A stretch of 47,667 nt of DNA, from NCBI GenBank assembly GCA_021803215.1, contig JAJZLV010000125.1, forward strand, positions 1 through 47,667. The letters run 5' to 3'. This DNA is from Actinomycetes bacterium (GTDB lineage: Bacteria > Actinomycetota > Acidimicrobiia > Acidimicrobiales > Bog-793). The first letter of the stretch is position 1; each line of letters opens with the position of its first letter. Of the stretch, positions 8,745-18,348 are shown in pieces. Under the pieces are notes generated by a model. The model was not told the origin of the DNA. It saw only the letters and a list, made by a program, of their open reading frames with translations, and did no database searches. The position numbers and the translations under genes were made by a program.

Positions 8745-10742
8745 CTACGAGGTGGCGGGCACCAACAGGCAGCGGCAGCCGGGATGGACGGGCGGGTGCA
8801 GCTGGCCGGTCGGGAACTCCTCTCCGACCGCCACCGGCCCGGCGAGGGCGTTGTCGTCGCAGTCCGGGCAGGGCTGCCCATCGTCGTCGACCACCCAGCG
8901 GGCCGCCGTGCCGGCCCCTCCCGCCACGGCGCCCTTCGAGAAGGACTTGACGGCGAAGTCGCCGGCCGCCTGCTCGACCCTCTTTCGCCGCCACTCCCGG
9001 TAGGAGGCTCCGGCTGCCTCGGTGGCTCCCTCGGAGAGGTCGCTCACCTCTTCGAGGGCCTCCTCTAGGCGGTGGCGCAGCAGCCCGCTCACCTCGGCCG
9101 CCAGCTCGGAGGCGATCTCGCTCCCGGCGCTGGCAGGCGAGCCGTCGGCCGGCTCGGCTCCGGAGAGCCAGCGGTGCCCGAGACTCCAGGCGTCGGCCAA
9201 GAGCTTGGCCGTCGCCTCTTCGATCCTCGAGCGCTGGGCCTCTGCGGGGAGAAGCTTTTCCAGCTCGGGCCGGCCGGAGGAATGCCGGATGGCGTCGAGG
9301 AGGAGGTTCTGGTCGTCTTGCAGGGCCCGCTTCAAGGCTCGCGAGAGCCTGCCGGTGACCGGCCCGAGCAGCTCGGCTCGCCGGGTGAGAGCCGCCTCGT
9401 CGTCGCTCGGGAGCTCTTCGGCCTCGGCCGCGCCCGGCGCCACCGGGGTCTCGGCCCCCGCCTTGCCGGCCTCGTCGAGCTCGACCGGCGGGAGCTCGTC
9501 GCTCTCGCGGACGTCCGCCTCGTGGGCCGAGTGGATCCCGAGCACACCCTCGCCTGGGAGCTCCCCCTCGCTCGCTGGCCGGCCCGGCCGCCCCTTTCTC
9601 CTCGCCGGGCTGGTCGGCTCGGCGGCCTTCAGATCAGGCCCTATCTCGTCGGAGGGCTGTCCGGCCGGCTCCGGGCCGGCCGCGGCCTCCTTCCGCCCCG
9701 GCTCTCCACCGAGAGGGGTCGGCTCGGCCAGAGCCGCCTCGCCGCCCGGCTCTCCTCCGGGCTCGGCCTCGTTCTCTCTCCGGTCGGCTCGGATGCGGGC
9801 GAAGAGCTCCTCGACACTTCTCCGTGAGCTGAGGTGGTCCTCTTCGGTCGACTCCTCCTCCGAGTCCGCCTCCTCGTAGCTCTCCGCCCCGGCAGGCTCT
9901 CTCGGGCGGACCGCCTCGGAGAGCTCCTCTGCTGCCTCGAGCCCGAGAGCTCCCTCTGCGAGCAGGCCCTCGTCGGCGCCGACCACCGCCTCGAGGTCGG
10001 AGTCGTCGGAGCTCTGCTCGGCCGCCTCGCCGGCAGCCGCCGCCGCCACCCGGGCGTCGTGCTCGGCGCTCGCCACCCGCTCAAGCAGCTCCCCGACGGC
10101 CGAGCCGACCGACTCGACCACCTCGATGAGGAAGTCCCGCCCGGCCCGCAGCTCCTCGAGCTGCACCCGGAGGCCCCGGCGCTTCTCGGCGAGATCTCCG
10201 AGGATCTCTCCCCGAAGCGCCTTCGCCTCGCGCACGATCCGGCGGCACTCCGCCTTGGTCGCCTGCAAGAGGGAGACCGCCTCCTGGCGGGCCGACTCGG
10301 TGACCGCCTCGGCCTCGAGCTGCGAGGCCTCGATGATGGCGGTCGCCTCCGCCTCGGCCGCCTCCTGGCGAGAGGCCAGGACCGACTCGGCCGCTCCGAC
10401 TATCTCGGCCGCCCTCGCCTCGGCCTTCGCCACCACCTCCTGGGCGGCGTCGTGGGCCGCCTGCAGGATCTTGGCCGTCTCGACTCCGACCGCCCTCATC
10501 AAGGTGGCCTCGTCCAGCTCGGGCTCGGCCGCCCGGCGCTCGGCCTCCGCCACCTTGCGGCGGAGCGCCTGCTCTCTGTCGAGCATCTCCCGCACCTCGC
10601 CGGCGAGCGCCTGCAGGTACTGGCGGACGGCCTCTTGCTCGAAGCCGCGCCGGCCGGCCGGGAAGGAGTGCCGGGAGATCTCCTCCGGGTGAAAACCCGT
10701 GCGGGTGCTGATCGCCACCATCAATGGCTCTTCGGGCGTCAT
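8745..10742 (-). CDS. DivIVA-domain coiled-coil protein with C-terminal Cys/His motif
   Basis: N-terminal HPEEISRHSFPAGRRGFEQEAVRQYL resembles DivIVA; Ala/Glu coiled coil; C-terminal CPDC...HPPVHPGCRC. Confidence 0.8.
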   Translation of the reverse strand: MTPEEPLMVAISTRTGFHPEEISRHSFPAGRRGFEQEAVRQYLQALAGEVREMLDREQALRRKVAEAERRAAEPELDEATLMRAVGVETAKILQAAHDAAQEVVAKAEARAAEIVGAAESVLASRQEAAEAEATAIIEASQLEAEAVTESARQEAVSLLQATKAECRRIVREAKALRGEILGDLAEKRRGLRVQLEELRAGRDFLIEVVESVGSAVGELLERVASAEHDARVAAAAAGEAAEQSSDDSDLEAVVGADEGLLAEGALGLEAAEELSEAVRPREPAGAESYEEADSEEESTEEDHLSSRRSVEELFARIRADRRENEAEPGGEPGGEAALAEPTPLGGEPGRKEAAAGPEPAGQPSDEIGPDLKAAEPTSPARRKGRPGRPASEGELPGEGVLGIHSAHEADVRESDELPPVELDEAGKAGAETPVAPGAAEAEELPSDDEAALTRRAELLGPVTGRLSRALKRALQDDQNLLLDAIRHSSGRPELEKLLPAEAQRSRIEEATAKLLADAWSLGHRWLSGAEPADGSPASAGSEIASELAAEVSGLLRHRLEEALEEVSDLSEGATEAAGASYREWRRKRVEQAAGDFAVKSFSKGAVAGGAGTAARWVVDDDGQPCPDCDDNALAGPVAVGEEFPTGQLHPPVHPGCRCLLVPATS

Positions 10743-10798
10743 GGGGGCCCAGCCTATGACCCGGCCCCCGGGAGGATGGGCCTGTTGCGCGCTTTTGC

Positions 10799-11998
10799 TC
10801 AGCGACTAGGTCCCTTCGCCGGCAGCTTGCCGCCGTAGGAGCGCAGGATCCTCAGGGCCTGGGCTATGGAGGAGACGGCGTAGACCTTGAGCTTCGGTCC
10901 GGCGTGGGCCTTGGCGGTCTTGTACTCGGCCGGCGGCACCAAGAAGATCTGGGCGCCCGAGCGCCGGACGGCGATCGTCTTCTGCGCCACTCCCCCGACC
11001 GGCCCGACCGCTCCGGTGACCGACATCGTGCCGGTGGCCGCCACCTTGTGGCCGCCGGTCAGGTCGTAGGGGTCGAGGCGCTGCATGAGCCCGAGGGTGA
11101 AGGCGAGGCCAGCCGAGGGGCCGATGATCCCCTCGTTCGAGAGGTCCACCTTGAAAGGGAGCTTGCTCAGCCGGTAGCTCGTCTCGGCGTCGAACGAGCC
11201 GATGCAGGGAACGGCGGGCATCCTCTTGCCGGTGGCCGGCGAGATGTGCAGGAGCGGGTAGCGGCTCTTCTGCCCGTAGATGGGACAGACCAGGGTGGCG
11301 GCGCGCCCCTTGCCCTTTATCCGCCAGGCGCCGAGGCGAACCCGCACCGTCTCCCGCTTGCGGGCCGGGTAGCTGAGAAGATGCATCGCGACGCTGTCGC
11401 CCGGCCGGTAGCGGGCCAGCGCCAGGCTGAGGGCGACGGCCGTCGTGACCGGCTTGCGGTCGACCCCGGTGATCACCTCGCCGACGGCGAGGTAGTGCTC
11501 GGCCGGGGAGCCCGGGATGAAGGCGTACATGAGCGCCCCCTGCGGGATGGCCCGCACGGCGTAGCCGAGCTGCCGGAGGGCGACGACGGTGGCCGCCTGC
11601 TGGGCGTCTGCCATGTCGAGCACCCCCTCGGTGTCGTACTGCTGGGCCGTCTCCGGACCGAGCAGGTCAGAAGAGCCGATGATCTGGGCGTTCGGGTTCA
11701 ACGCGAAGTAGGGCCACTCGATGGCCCGCAGCGGCGTGAGCTCGACATCGACCAAAAGGACCTCCCCTTTGTGGCGGCGCAGCTTGGCTCTCGGCACCCC
11801 GATCAGCTTGATGACCGACTGGGCGGTGCCGGGCGTGATGGCGTAGTAGGGGATCGAGACGAGCGAGGAGACGATGGCGGCGACGAGGATCACCGCCCCG
11901 GCGACGAGAAGGCCCGTCCGCAGCCGGTGCGAGCGCTGCGCCTCCCCGGCGGGGGGCTGCTCGATACCTAGGCTGGCGTCGTCCTCATGTGCGCTCAC
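10799..11998 (-). CDS. YlbL-like PDZ-domain Lon (S16) protease
   Basis: TM anchor, PYYAITPG, PDZ region, GPSAGLAF (catalytic Ser), VAATGT, GGVAQK (catalytic Lys). Confidence 0.9.
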   Translation of the reverse strand: MSAHEDDASLGIEQPPAGEAQRSHRLRTGLLVAGAVILVAAIVSSLVSIPYYAITPGTAQSVIKLIGVPRAKLRRHKGEVLLVDVELTPLRAIEWPYFALNPNAQIIGSSDLLGPETAQQYDTEGVLDMADAQQAATVVALRQLGYAVRAIPQGALMYAFIPGSPAEHYLAVGEVITGVDRKPVTTAVALSLALARYRPGDSVAMHLLSYPARKRETVRVRLGAWRIKGKGRAATLVCPIYGQKSRYPLLHISPATGKRMPAVPCIGSFDAETSYRLSKLPFKVDLSNEGIIGPSAGLAFTLGLMQRLDPYDLTGGHKVAATGTMSVTGAVGPVGGVAQKTIAVRRSGAQIFLVPPAEYKTAKAHAGPKLKVYAVSSIAQALRILRSYGGKLPAKGPSR

Positions 11999-12634
11999 GA
12001 GCCAAGAGCCTTACACCGCCAGGCAGGAGACGAGGCGCGGTCGAAGGCCGAGCTGGCCGCCGCCGGCCACTCCGGCGACCTCGAGCGGGTCCGCCGGGCG
12101 ATCGGCGACCCCTCGCCCAGCCTGCGGGCGACCGCCCTCGGGGCCCTCGGCCGCCTCGGGGCGCTCGACCTCCAGGCGCTGGCGGCCGGTCTCTGCGACG
12201 AGGACTCGGCGGTCCGCCGGCGGGCGGCCGAGCTCTCGCACCGGGCCGGGCTCGACAAGGAGGGGGTGGCGGCGCTCCTGCTTCCCCTGCTCGACGACGA
12301 GCCCGAGGTCGTCGAGGCGGCCTGCACCGCCCTCGGCGAGCTCGGCCTCGAGGAGGCCGTCGACGAGCTCGGCCAGGTGGCGACCGGCTCGGCCGATCCC
12401 CTCTGCCGGGAGGCGGCCGTGGCGGCGCTCGGCTCGATCGGGGCAGTCGCGGGGCTTTGCTACATCCTCGCCGCCTGCGAGGATCGGCCGGCGATCAGGC
12501 GCCGGGCGGTCCTCGCCCTGGCGCCCTTCGAGGGTCCGGCGGTGAAGGCCGCCCTGGAAAGGGCCCTCAGCGACCGCGACTGGCAGGTGCGCCAGGCGGC
12601 GGAGGATCTCTCGGAGGGGCGGCCTTGGGCCTGA
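11987..12634 (+). CDS. HEAT-repeat protein
   Basis: Repeats DPSPSLRATALGALGRL, DEDSAVRRRAAE, DPLCREAAVAALGSIG, DRDWQVRQAA; start uncertain. Confidence 0.85.
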   Translation: MCAHEPRALHRQAGDEARSKAELAAAGHSGDLERVRRAIGDPSPSLRATALGALGRLGALDLQALAAGLCDEDSAVRRRAAELSHRAGLDKEGVAALLLPLLDDEPEVVEAACTALGELGLEEAVDELGQVATGSADPLCREAAVAALGSIGAVAGLCYILAACEDRPAIRRRAVLALAPFEGPAVKAALERALSDRDWQVRQAAEDLSEGRPWA

Positions 12635-13622
12635 CGGCCTCGCTCGTCGCCCGGGGCTCGGGCTGGCGCAGGCAGCGGGCGGCCCCGTGCACGGCGGTGC
12701 GGGAGGGGTCGGCCGCCAGGTGGACCGGTATGCCGGTGGCCGAGGCGAGCTTCCTTGCGAAGCCGGGCAGCATCGCCCCCTCGCCCGCCAGGTGGAGGCC
12801 CTTGGTCAAAAGGTCGTTCGCCAGGTCCGGCGGGGCCGTCACGATGCACGAGACGGCGGCCTCGAGCATCGCCCGTACGTGCTCGGCGGCGGCCGCCGAG
12901 GCCTCCGAGGTCGAGATGACGACGGTGCGCGGCGTGCCGTTGGAGGCGTCCCGCCCGGTCACCTCGATCTTCTGCTCGCTCTCTCGCCAGGCCGTCACGA
13001 CGGCCTTTTTCACCTGCTCGGCCACCTCGGTCGGCACGACAAGGTCGAACGAGCGGGCCAGCAGCTGGCGGATCGAGCGGTCGATGTCGTCTCCCCCGAC
13101 CGGTATCGACGCCTTCGTGACGGTTCCCCCGAGGGCCATGACGGCGACGTCGGTCGTGCCCGCCCCGGCGTCGAGGGTCATCGTGGCGACCGGCTCCTCG
13201 ATGTGGAGGCGAAAGCCGATGCCCGTGGCGACGGCATGGTCGATGAACTCGACCTTCGGGGCGCCCGCCTGCTTGAAGGCCCGCTCCATCGCCCTTTTCT
13301 GCACGCCGGTGGCGAGGCCGGGCACCGAGCAGAGAACCTCGGGATGGCGGCCGACCTGCCCGGCCACCTTCTCGAGGAGGTGGGTGGCCACCTTGTCGGT
13401 GAGCTGCAGGTCCTGCAGCTGCCCGCGGACGACCGGCCGGACGAGGCCCACCTCCCCGGCCGAGCGCCCGATGAGGGCGCGGGCGGCCGAGCCGAAGGCG
13501 ACGAGAGAGCCGTCCCGCAGGTTGACGGCCGCCAGCGTCTCGTCCTCGAAGAGGATCTTCCCCGCGGCGTCGGCCAGCCGGGTGTGACGAGTTCCGAGGT
13601 CGAGCGCCACCCGCCCGCTCAC
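12567..13622 (-). CDS. Divergent MreB-like actin-family protein
   Basis: ALDLGT, LVRPVVRG, DAGAGTTDVAV, VGGDDIDRSI, AEQVK, VTGRD, PPDLAND, TGIPVHLAADP; GTG 13622 coupled to the moaE stop. Confidence 0.85.
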   Translation of the reverse strand: MSGRVALDLGTRHTRLADAAGKILFEDETLAAVNLRDGSLVAFGSAARALIGRSAGEVGLVRPVVRGQLQDLQLTDKVATHLLEKVAGQVGRHPEVLCSVPGLATGVQKRAMERAFKQAGAPKVEFIDHAVATGIGFRLHIEEPVATMTLDAGAGTTDVAVMALGGTVTKASIPVGGDDIDRSIRQLLARSFDLVVPTEVAEQVKKAVVTAWRESEQKIEVTGRDASNGTPRTVVISTSEASAAAAEHVRAMLEAAVSCIVTAPPDLANDLLTKGLHLAGEGAMLPGFARKLASATGIPVHLAADPSRTAVHGAARCLRQPEPRATSEAVRPKAAPPRDPPPPGAPASRGR

Positions 13623-14074
13623 CGGGCGAGCTCCCGCGCCGCGGGGCTCCAGTCGGTGCCGCCGGGCCAGAACTCCCGCTTCCAGATGGGAGCGGTCGCC
13701 TTCAAGGTGTCGATCAGGTAGCGGCAGGCCTCGAAGGCCTCGGCCCGGTGGGCCGAGGCGACCACCACGACCACAGAGGCCTCCGCCAGGGCGACCCGGC
13801 CGGTGCGGTGCCAGACGACGATGCGGCCGAGGGCCGGCCACCTGGCCCGCGCCTCGGCGGCGAGCTTCCGAAAGCCGGGCACCACCTGCTCCTCGTAGGC
13901 CTCGTACTCGATGGCCGTGACCCCGGTGCGCTCGCCGGCGTGGTCCCGCACGAGCCCGACGAAAGAGGCGATCCCGCCCCAGCTCGGGCCGCTCGCGTAG
14001 GCGATGGCCCGGGCGACGTCGAGGGGCTCGTCTGTCACCTCAAGCCAGTCGGCCTCGCTCGGCGGTTCGCGCAC
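13619..14074 (-). CDS. moaE: Molybdopterin synthase catalytic subunit
   Basis: SFVGLVRDH, IEYEAY, WHRTG, SAHRAEAFEAC, IDTLKATAPIWKRE; start uncertain. Confidence 0.92.
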   Translation of the reverse strand: MREPPSEADWLEVTDEPLDVARAIAYASGPSWGGIASFVGLVRDHAGERTGVTAIEYEAYEEQVVPGFRKLAAEARARWPALGRIVVWHRTGRVALAEASVVVVVASAHRAEAFEACRYLIDTLKATAPIWKREFWPGGTDWSPAARELAR

Positions 14075-14148
14075 GAACGAATCGTAGAGGTGAACAACGC
14101 TTTGGGCGCTCCGCCCCGCGCAGCGCAATTCCACCCCGCTTTGTAACC

Positions 14149-15420
14149 TTGCCCCTCGTGGTGGAACCGGGCGACGACTTCGAGGAGCTGGGCGAGGACG
14201 AGCCCTCCGGCCCGCTTTTGCCGCCCGACGACCGGCTCTGGCGCCACCCCTCCGAGCTCTTCGCGGCCGGTGACCGGCCCTTTTCGAACCAGGTGCTGGC
14301 CGCCCGCCGGCAGTGGCTGGCGGCCACCCCGAGCCGGGCCGGAGCAGGGGCGGCCGGCCTCGTAGGCGCCCTGCTCGCAGCCGGCGTCGTCCTGGTCGGG
14401 GTCCACCTCACCTCGTGGCTCACCCCGCAGCACCACGCCCGGCCCACCTCTGTGAGCGCCGGTCTGTACGCCGCCCCGACCGAGACGACGCTCCCCTCGG
14501 TGAGCGCGGTCGGGCTGGCCGGCTTTTTCGACAGCCTCAACGCCGCCATCGTGAAGGTGCGGGCGGTGGTCGGCGCCCGCCAGGTGATGAGCGACGGGGT
14601 CGTCATCTCCCAGAGCGGGGACATCCTCGTGGCGGCCCGCTCCATCGCCGGAGCGCTCAGCGTCTCTGTGATGCTCTCTGACGGCGAGGAGCTGCCGGCG
14701 AGCCTCTTAGGGAGCGACTCCGCCACGGGCATCGCCGTGCTGAAGATCCCCGAGGGGAACCTCTCATGGCTCGCCTTTTCTACCAACCACGCCACGCCGG
14801 TCAACTCCTTCCTCGTAACGGCCTGGAAGCGCCAGCGCCTCGCCATGCAGCTGGTCTCGCTCGAGAAGAGGCCGGCTCGCACCGGCCTCGACGGGGGGCC
14901 CTCGCTCCTAGAGCTCTGCCCCGGCTCGCTTCGCCTCGGCCGGGCCCCGAACGGCGCCGCCCTCTTCGACAGCTCCGGCCAGGTGATCGGCTTCGTCACG
15001 GGCCACGCCGGCCACCGGGCCGTCGCCGTCCCCGGCTGGCTGGCCATCCGGGTGGCCAGCCAGCTCGTCTCGAACGGCCACGTCTCGCACGGCTGGCTCG
15101 GCATAGTGGGAGAGACGACGGAGCTGTCGAGGAAGGTGCTGAGCGCCGTCGAGAGCTCCTCGCCCGGAGTGCTCGGCTCGGGCCACGGCCTTTACCGCCA
15201 CGGCGTGCGGGTCCTCTCGGTCACCTCCGGCAGCGGGGCGGCCGCCGCCGGCCTGCGTCCTGGCGACGTCATCGAGGCCGTCGACGGCCAGCCGGTCCCC
15301 TCCATGAGCGACCTGCAGGCCGCCCTCTACCTGATGAGCCCGAGCTCTTCTGTAGACCTAGAAGTAGTGCGAGGCAACCGACTCTCGGATGTGAGCGTCC
15401 GCCTGCAAGCGGCGGCCTAG
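14149..15420 (+). CDS. Membrane-anchored HtrA/S1C-like trypsin-fold + PDZ protein, catalytic residues degenerate
   Basis: TM helix; SDGVVISQSGDILV, LLGSDSATGIAVLKI, LFDSSGQVIG, HGWLGI, AGLRPGDVIEAVDG. Confidence 0.8.
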   Translation: MPLVVEPGDDFEELGEDEPSGPLLPPDDRLWRHPSELFAAGDRPFSNQVLAARRQWLAATPSRAGAGAAGLVGALLAAGVVLVGVHLTSWLTPQHHARPTSVSAGLYAAPTETTLPSVSAVGLAGFFDSLNAAIVKVRAVVGARQVMSDGVVISQSGDILVAARSIAGALSVSVMLSDGEELPASLLGSDSATGIAVLKIPEGNLSWLAFSTNHATPVNSFLVTAWKRQRLAMQLVSLEKRPARTGLDGGPSLLELCPGSLRLGRAPNGAALFDSSGQVIGFVTGHAGHRAVAVPGWLAIRVASQLVSNGHVSHGWLGIVGETTELSRKVLSAVESSSPGVLGSGHGLYRHGVRVLSVTSGSGAAAAGLRPGDVIEAVDGQPVPSMSDLQAALYLMSPSSSVDLEVVRGNRLSDVSVRLQAAA

Positions 15421-15425
15421 GCGAG

Positions 15426-16637
15426 ATGAGCGACCCTCCCTCCTCCTTTTCGGGGGGAGGCGACGAGTTCTTCTCGAAGATGCTCGGGGACCTGCTGCGG
15501 CTGATGCCGTCGGGCGGGGCCATGCAGTGGCAGCTCGCCTACCAGCTGGCCGCCTCCTCGGCGACAGGCGACAGCCCCGACCCCTATCCCGACCCCCGCG
15601 AGCGGATCAGGCTCGAGGAGCTCTCGAAGATCGCCGAGCTGCACGTGGCAGACGTCACCGGCATGCACCTCTCACCCTCGGGCCGCAGCCCCCGCCTCAC
15701 CCCGACCAGCCGGGCCGAGTGGGCGAGACGGACGCTCGACAGCTGGCGGCCGGTCCTCGACCGGCTCTCGGGCGCCTTCCGGGCCGGCGGCGTGAAGCTG
15801 CCGGGCGTGGTCGACCCCGAGCAGGGCGAGGGCCGGAGCGCCCAGCTCGAGGAGATGCTCGGGCGCTGGATGAGCGCCGTCATGCCGATGATGATGTCGA
15901 TGCAGGTGGGCTCGGCCGTCGGCCAGCTCGCCGGCCGGGCCCTCGGCCACTACGAGGTGCCGCTCGCCCCGGCGACCGGAGACGAGATCCTCGTCGTCTC
16001 GGCCAACATGCATCAGATGGCGGAGGACTGGAGCCTCCCGGCGGACGACCTCGGCCTCTGGCTCTGCGTCCACGAGATGGCCCATCACGCCGTCTTGTCC
16101 CGCCCCCATGTGGCCGAGCGCCTCGCCTCGCTCGTCGTGGCCCATGCCGAGAAGGTGCGCCCCGATCCCGCGGCCCTCGAGCAGCTGATGCAGAGCGGGC
16201 CGGCCATGGGCGACCCCGCCTCGATGCTCGAGCTGCTGGGCGACCCGTCGGCCTTCGCCGGGGCGCTCGACTCCGACGAGCTGCGCCGGCTGAGGGCCGA
16301 GCTCGACGCCCTGACGGCCACCATCTCGGGCTACTGCGAGCACGTCACCTCGCTCGTGGCGAGAAGGCTCATCGGCGAGCACGCCCCGATCGGAGAGGCC
16401 ATGCGGAGAAGGCGCCTCGGGCGGGGAGCAGGAGAGAGGATGGCCGAGCACCTCTTCGGGCTCAGCCTCGACCAGGACCAGGTCGACCGGGGCGAGCACT
16501 TCGTGACCGGGGTCCTCGACCGCTCGGGCGACGCCCAGCTGGCCCGGCTCTGGGTGGACGAGGAGAGCCTCCCCACCCCGGCCGAGGTGGACGCGCCGGG
16601 GCTCTGGCTGGCCCGGCTCGGGCTGGACGACCGGTGA
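15426..16637 (+). CDS. Zinc-dependent metalloprotease (DUF2342/zincin-like)
   Basis: LWLCVHEMAH (HExxH), SRAEWA, SGYCEHV, LPTPAEVDAPGLWLAR; ATG 15426 follows the HtrA-like stop. Confidence 0.88.
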   Translation: MSDPPSSFSGGGDEFFSKMLGDLLRLMPSGGAMQWQLAYQLAASSATGDSPDPYPDPRERIRLEELSKIAELHVADVTGMHLSPSGRSPRLTPTSRAEWARRTLDSWRPVLDRLSGAFRAGGVKLPGVVDPEQGEGRSAQLEEMLGRWMSAVMPMMMSMQVGSAVGQLAGRALGHYEVPLAPATGDEILVVSANMHQMAEDWSLPADDLGLWLCVHEMAHHAVLSRPHVAERLASLVVAHAEKVRPDPAALEQLMQSGPAMGDPASMLELLGDPSAFAGALDSDELRRLRAELDALTATISGYCEHVTSLVARRLIGEHAPIGEAMRRRRLGRGAGERMAEHLFGLSLDQDQVDRGEHFVTGVLDRSGDAQLARLWVDEESLPTPAEVDAPGLWLARLGLDDR

Positions 16638-16858
16638 GCCCGCCCGGGCAGGCGGCCGCCTCGGCCGAGAGGGCTCCGGCCCGCTCGCGGAGAGCCCCCA
16701 CGAACCAGCTGCGCGCTGGCTCGCCACGAAGGATCCGCCCTCGGGCGAGCTGAGCGCTGCCACAGGAAAGAGCGCCCGCTCGGGTGGCCAGCTCCATCAC
16801 CCGATCCCAAGCGGCTCCTGGCGGAGCTCCTGGCCGCAGAGGGCCTGGGGCGAGCCGG

Positions 16859-17163
16859 TCAACAGCCGAGGGCAGGCCCGGTGGCCGAGAGAGGTCTCTC
16901 ATAGTCTCTCCGGCGACGACCCCGAGGGGGCCTGTCAGGACCCGCTCTCGATCCTGTGGATCCCGTCACAGTTGACGACCGAGGCCTTGTCGAGCCCCGC
17001 TTACTCCGAGTCCAGCTCGACCTCGACGCCGCGGCCGCGGCTGTTCGTGGTCACCTCGGCGACGGTGACGAGCTGGCGGAGCTCGATCACCTCGGACCTC
17101 GTGAGCCCGAGGACGGGAAGCCGCTTTCACCGCGTCGGCCGACCAGAGCTCAGCGCGCCTCAC
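16859..17163 (-). pseudogene. PemK/MazF-family toxin pseudogene
   Basis: MRRAELWSAD / frameshift / RLPVLGLTRSEVIELRQLVTVAEVTTNSRGRGVEVELDSE*AGLDKASVVNCDGIH / frameshifts / LTGPLGVV...ALGC*. Confidence 0.8.
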
Positions 17164-17368
17164 CCGTCGCTCCGGGCCTCGAGCTCCTCCGAGCGCTCAT
17201 CGGATCGTTCCGGGTGGCCTCGGTAAGCCTCCCGGTCGCAACCTGCCATGGCCTCCCGCACGGCCTCGAGGAGCCTTGTCGAGCCGCCGCGGAGACGTTG
17301 ATCCCCAGCCGGCCAGCCGGTGGCGCGAGGTCCTCGCCGAGGCTGACGGTGCCGCGCCGAGACGCCAT
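17160..17368 (-). pseudogene. Antitoxin pseudogene (CcdA-like N-terminus)
   Basis: MASRRGTVSLGEDL...RLGINVSAAARQG, frameshift to LEAVREAMAGCDREAYRGHPE...DG*, whose stop overlaps the toxin GTG. Confidence 0.7.
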
Positions 17369-17562
17369 GCTTTTGTGCGATCAGGATGCGCCTAGCGAAC
17401 GGCGGCGCGAAGGGCCCATCGGGCTAGGGACCCGGTCCTTTGAGGCGAGCCGCACCTCTTTGACAAGGCCGGCCGGGTCGCTCACCGGCTCGGCCCGAGG
17501 TCGAGCTCGAGAGCCGGGCAGGCTCGAGGCTGGCGGCCCGGGCTCGAGCTGGGCCCAGATGG

Positions 17563-17868
17563 TCAGCCCGGCAGCTCCCGGGCAGGCTGCTCGGGCTCCT
17601 CTGGCACTCCGAGGTCCCACTCCAAGATGATGTTCTCCCGCTCGGCGTCGCGCACGATCCGCTCCCGGTTGCGGCGGAACTGGGGGTCGTGCGGCGGGAG
17701 GAGGACGAGGCGGGCCAGCGCCCTCTCCCGGAAGGCCTCGATGACGGCCCGCTCGCCGAACTCGGACTCCACCTCCCAGTGGGGCGCCACGGGACCGAGG
17801 TAGACCAGGCGCACGTGTCCGCGGGGCGGCTCCTGGGCCTCTCCCTGGCTCGGCGGGGTCATCGTCAT
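17563..17868 (-). CDS. Hypothetical protein
   Basis: Protein-like composition (GHVRLVYLGPVAPHWEV...DPQFRRNRER), strong GC3 bias, RBS AGGAG upstream. Confidence 0.75.
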   Translation of the reverse strand: MTMTPPSQGEAQEPPRGHVRLVYLGPVAPHWEVESEFGERAVIEAFRERALARLVLLPPHDPQFRRNRERIVRDAERENIILEWDLGVPEEPEQPARELPG

Positions 17869-18038
17869 AAGCGGGCCTCTCCTTTTGCCGGCTCACCGCC
17901 TTGGATGAGCCTGCTCCACTCTAATCGGCCTCCCCGGAAGGCCCCTGGACGGAGTTAACCAAGAGTTCCCCCGATTCACAGCTTCTTCTCAACTGATGCG
18001 CACGCTCCCGCCAGTTGATGCGCTAAGACTGTCTTCCG

Positions 18039-18284
18039 ATGGACACTTCGTGGATGGCTCGGGGGAACTGCCGGGAGCAGCCTCCTGACCTCTTCTTCCC
18101 GAGCGACGGCGTCGGCGTCGAGATAGCCCGCCGGGTCTGCGCCGACTGTCCCGTCAAGGTGCCCTGCCTCGAGTACGCCATGGAGAACCACATCGACCAC
18201 GGCGTCTGGGGCGGAACCTCCGAGCGCGAGCGCAGGCGGATCGCCCGGCGCCGGAGGCTGGCGGCACTCAAGACGGTCGACTAG
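18039..18284 (+). CDS. WhiB family Fe-S transcriptional regulator
   Basis: WMARGNC, FFP, CADCPV, CLEYA, HGVWGG, basic tail. Confidence 0.95.
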   Translation: MDTSWMARGNCREQPPDLFFPSDGVGVEIARRVCADCPVKVPCLEYAMENHIDHGVWGGTSERERRRIARRRRLAALKTVD

Positions 18285-18348
18285 GCCCGACCTGACGGCT
18301 ACCCCGCCCGGCCAGGGAGAGAACCTGCCAGAGGGCGCCCTCGAGGCC

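Noticed and set aside
8745-8950. Prophage suggested by the MuF-like motif
   Set aside because: No portal, terminase, capsid or integrase genes; the context is housekeeping.
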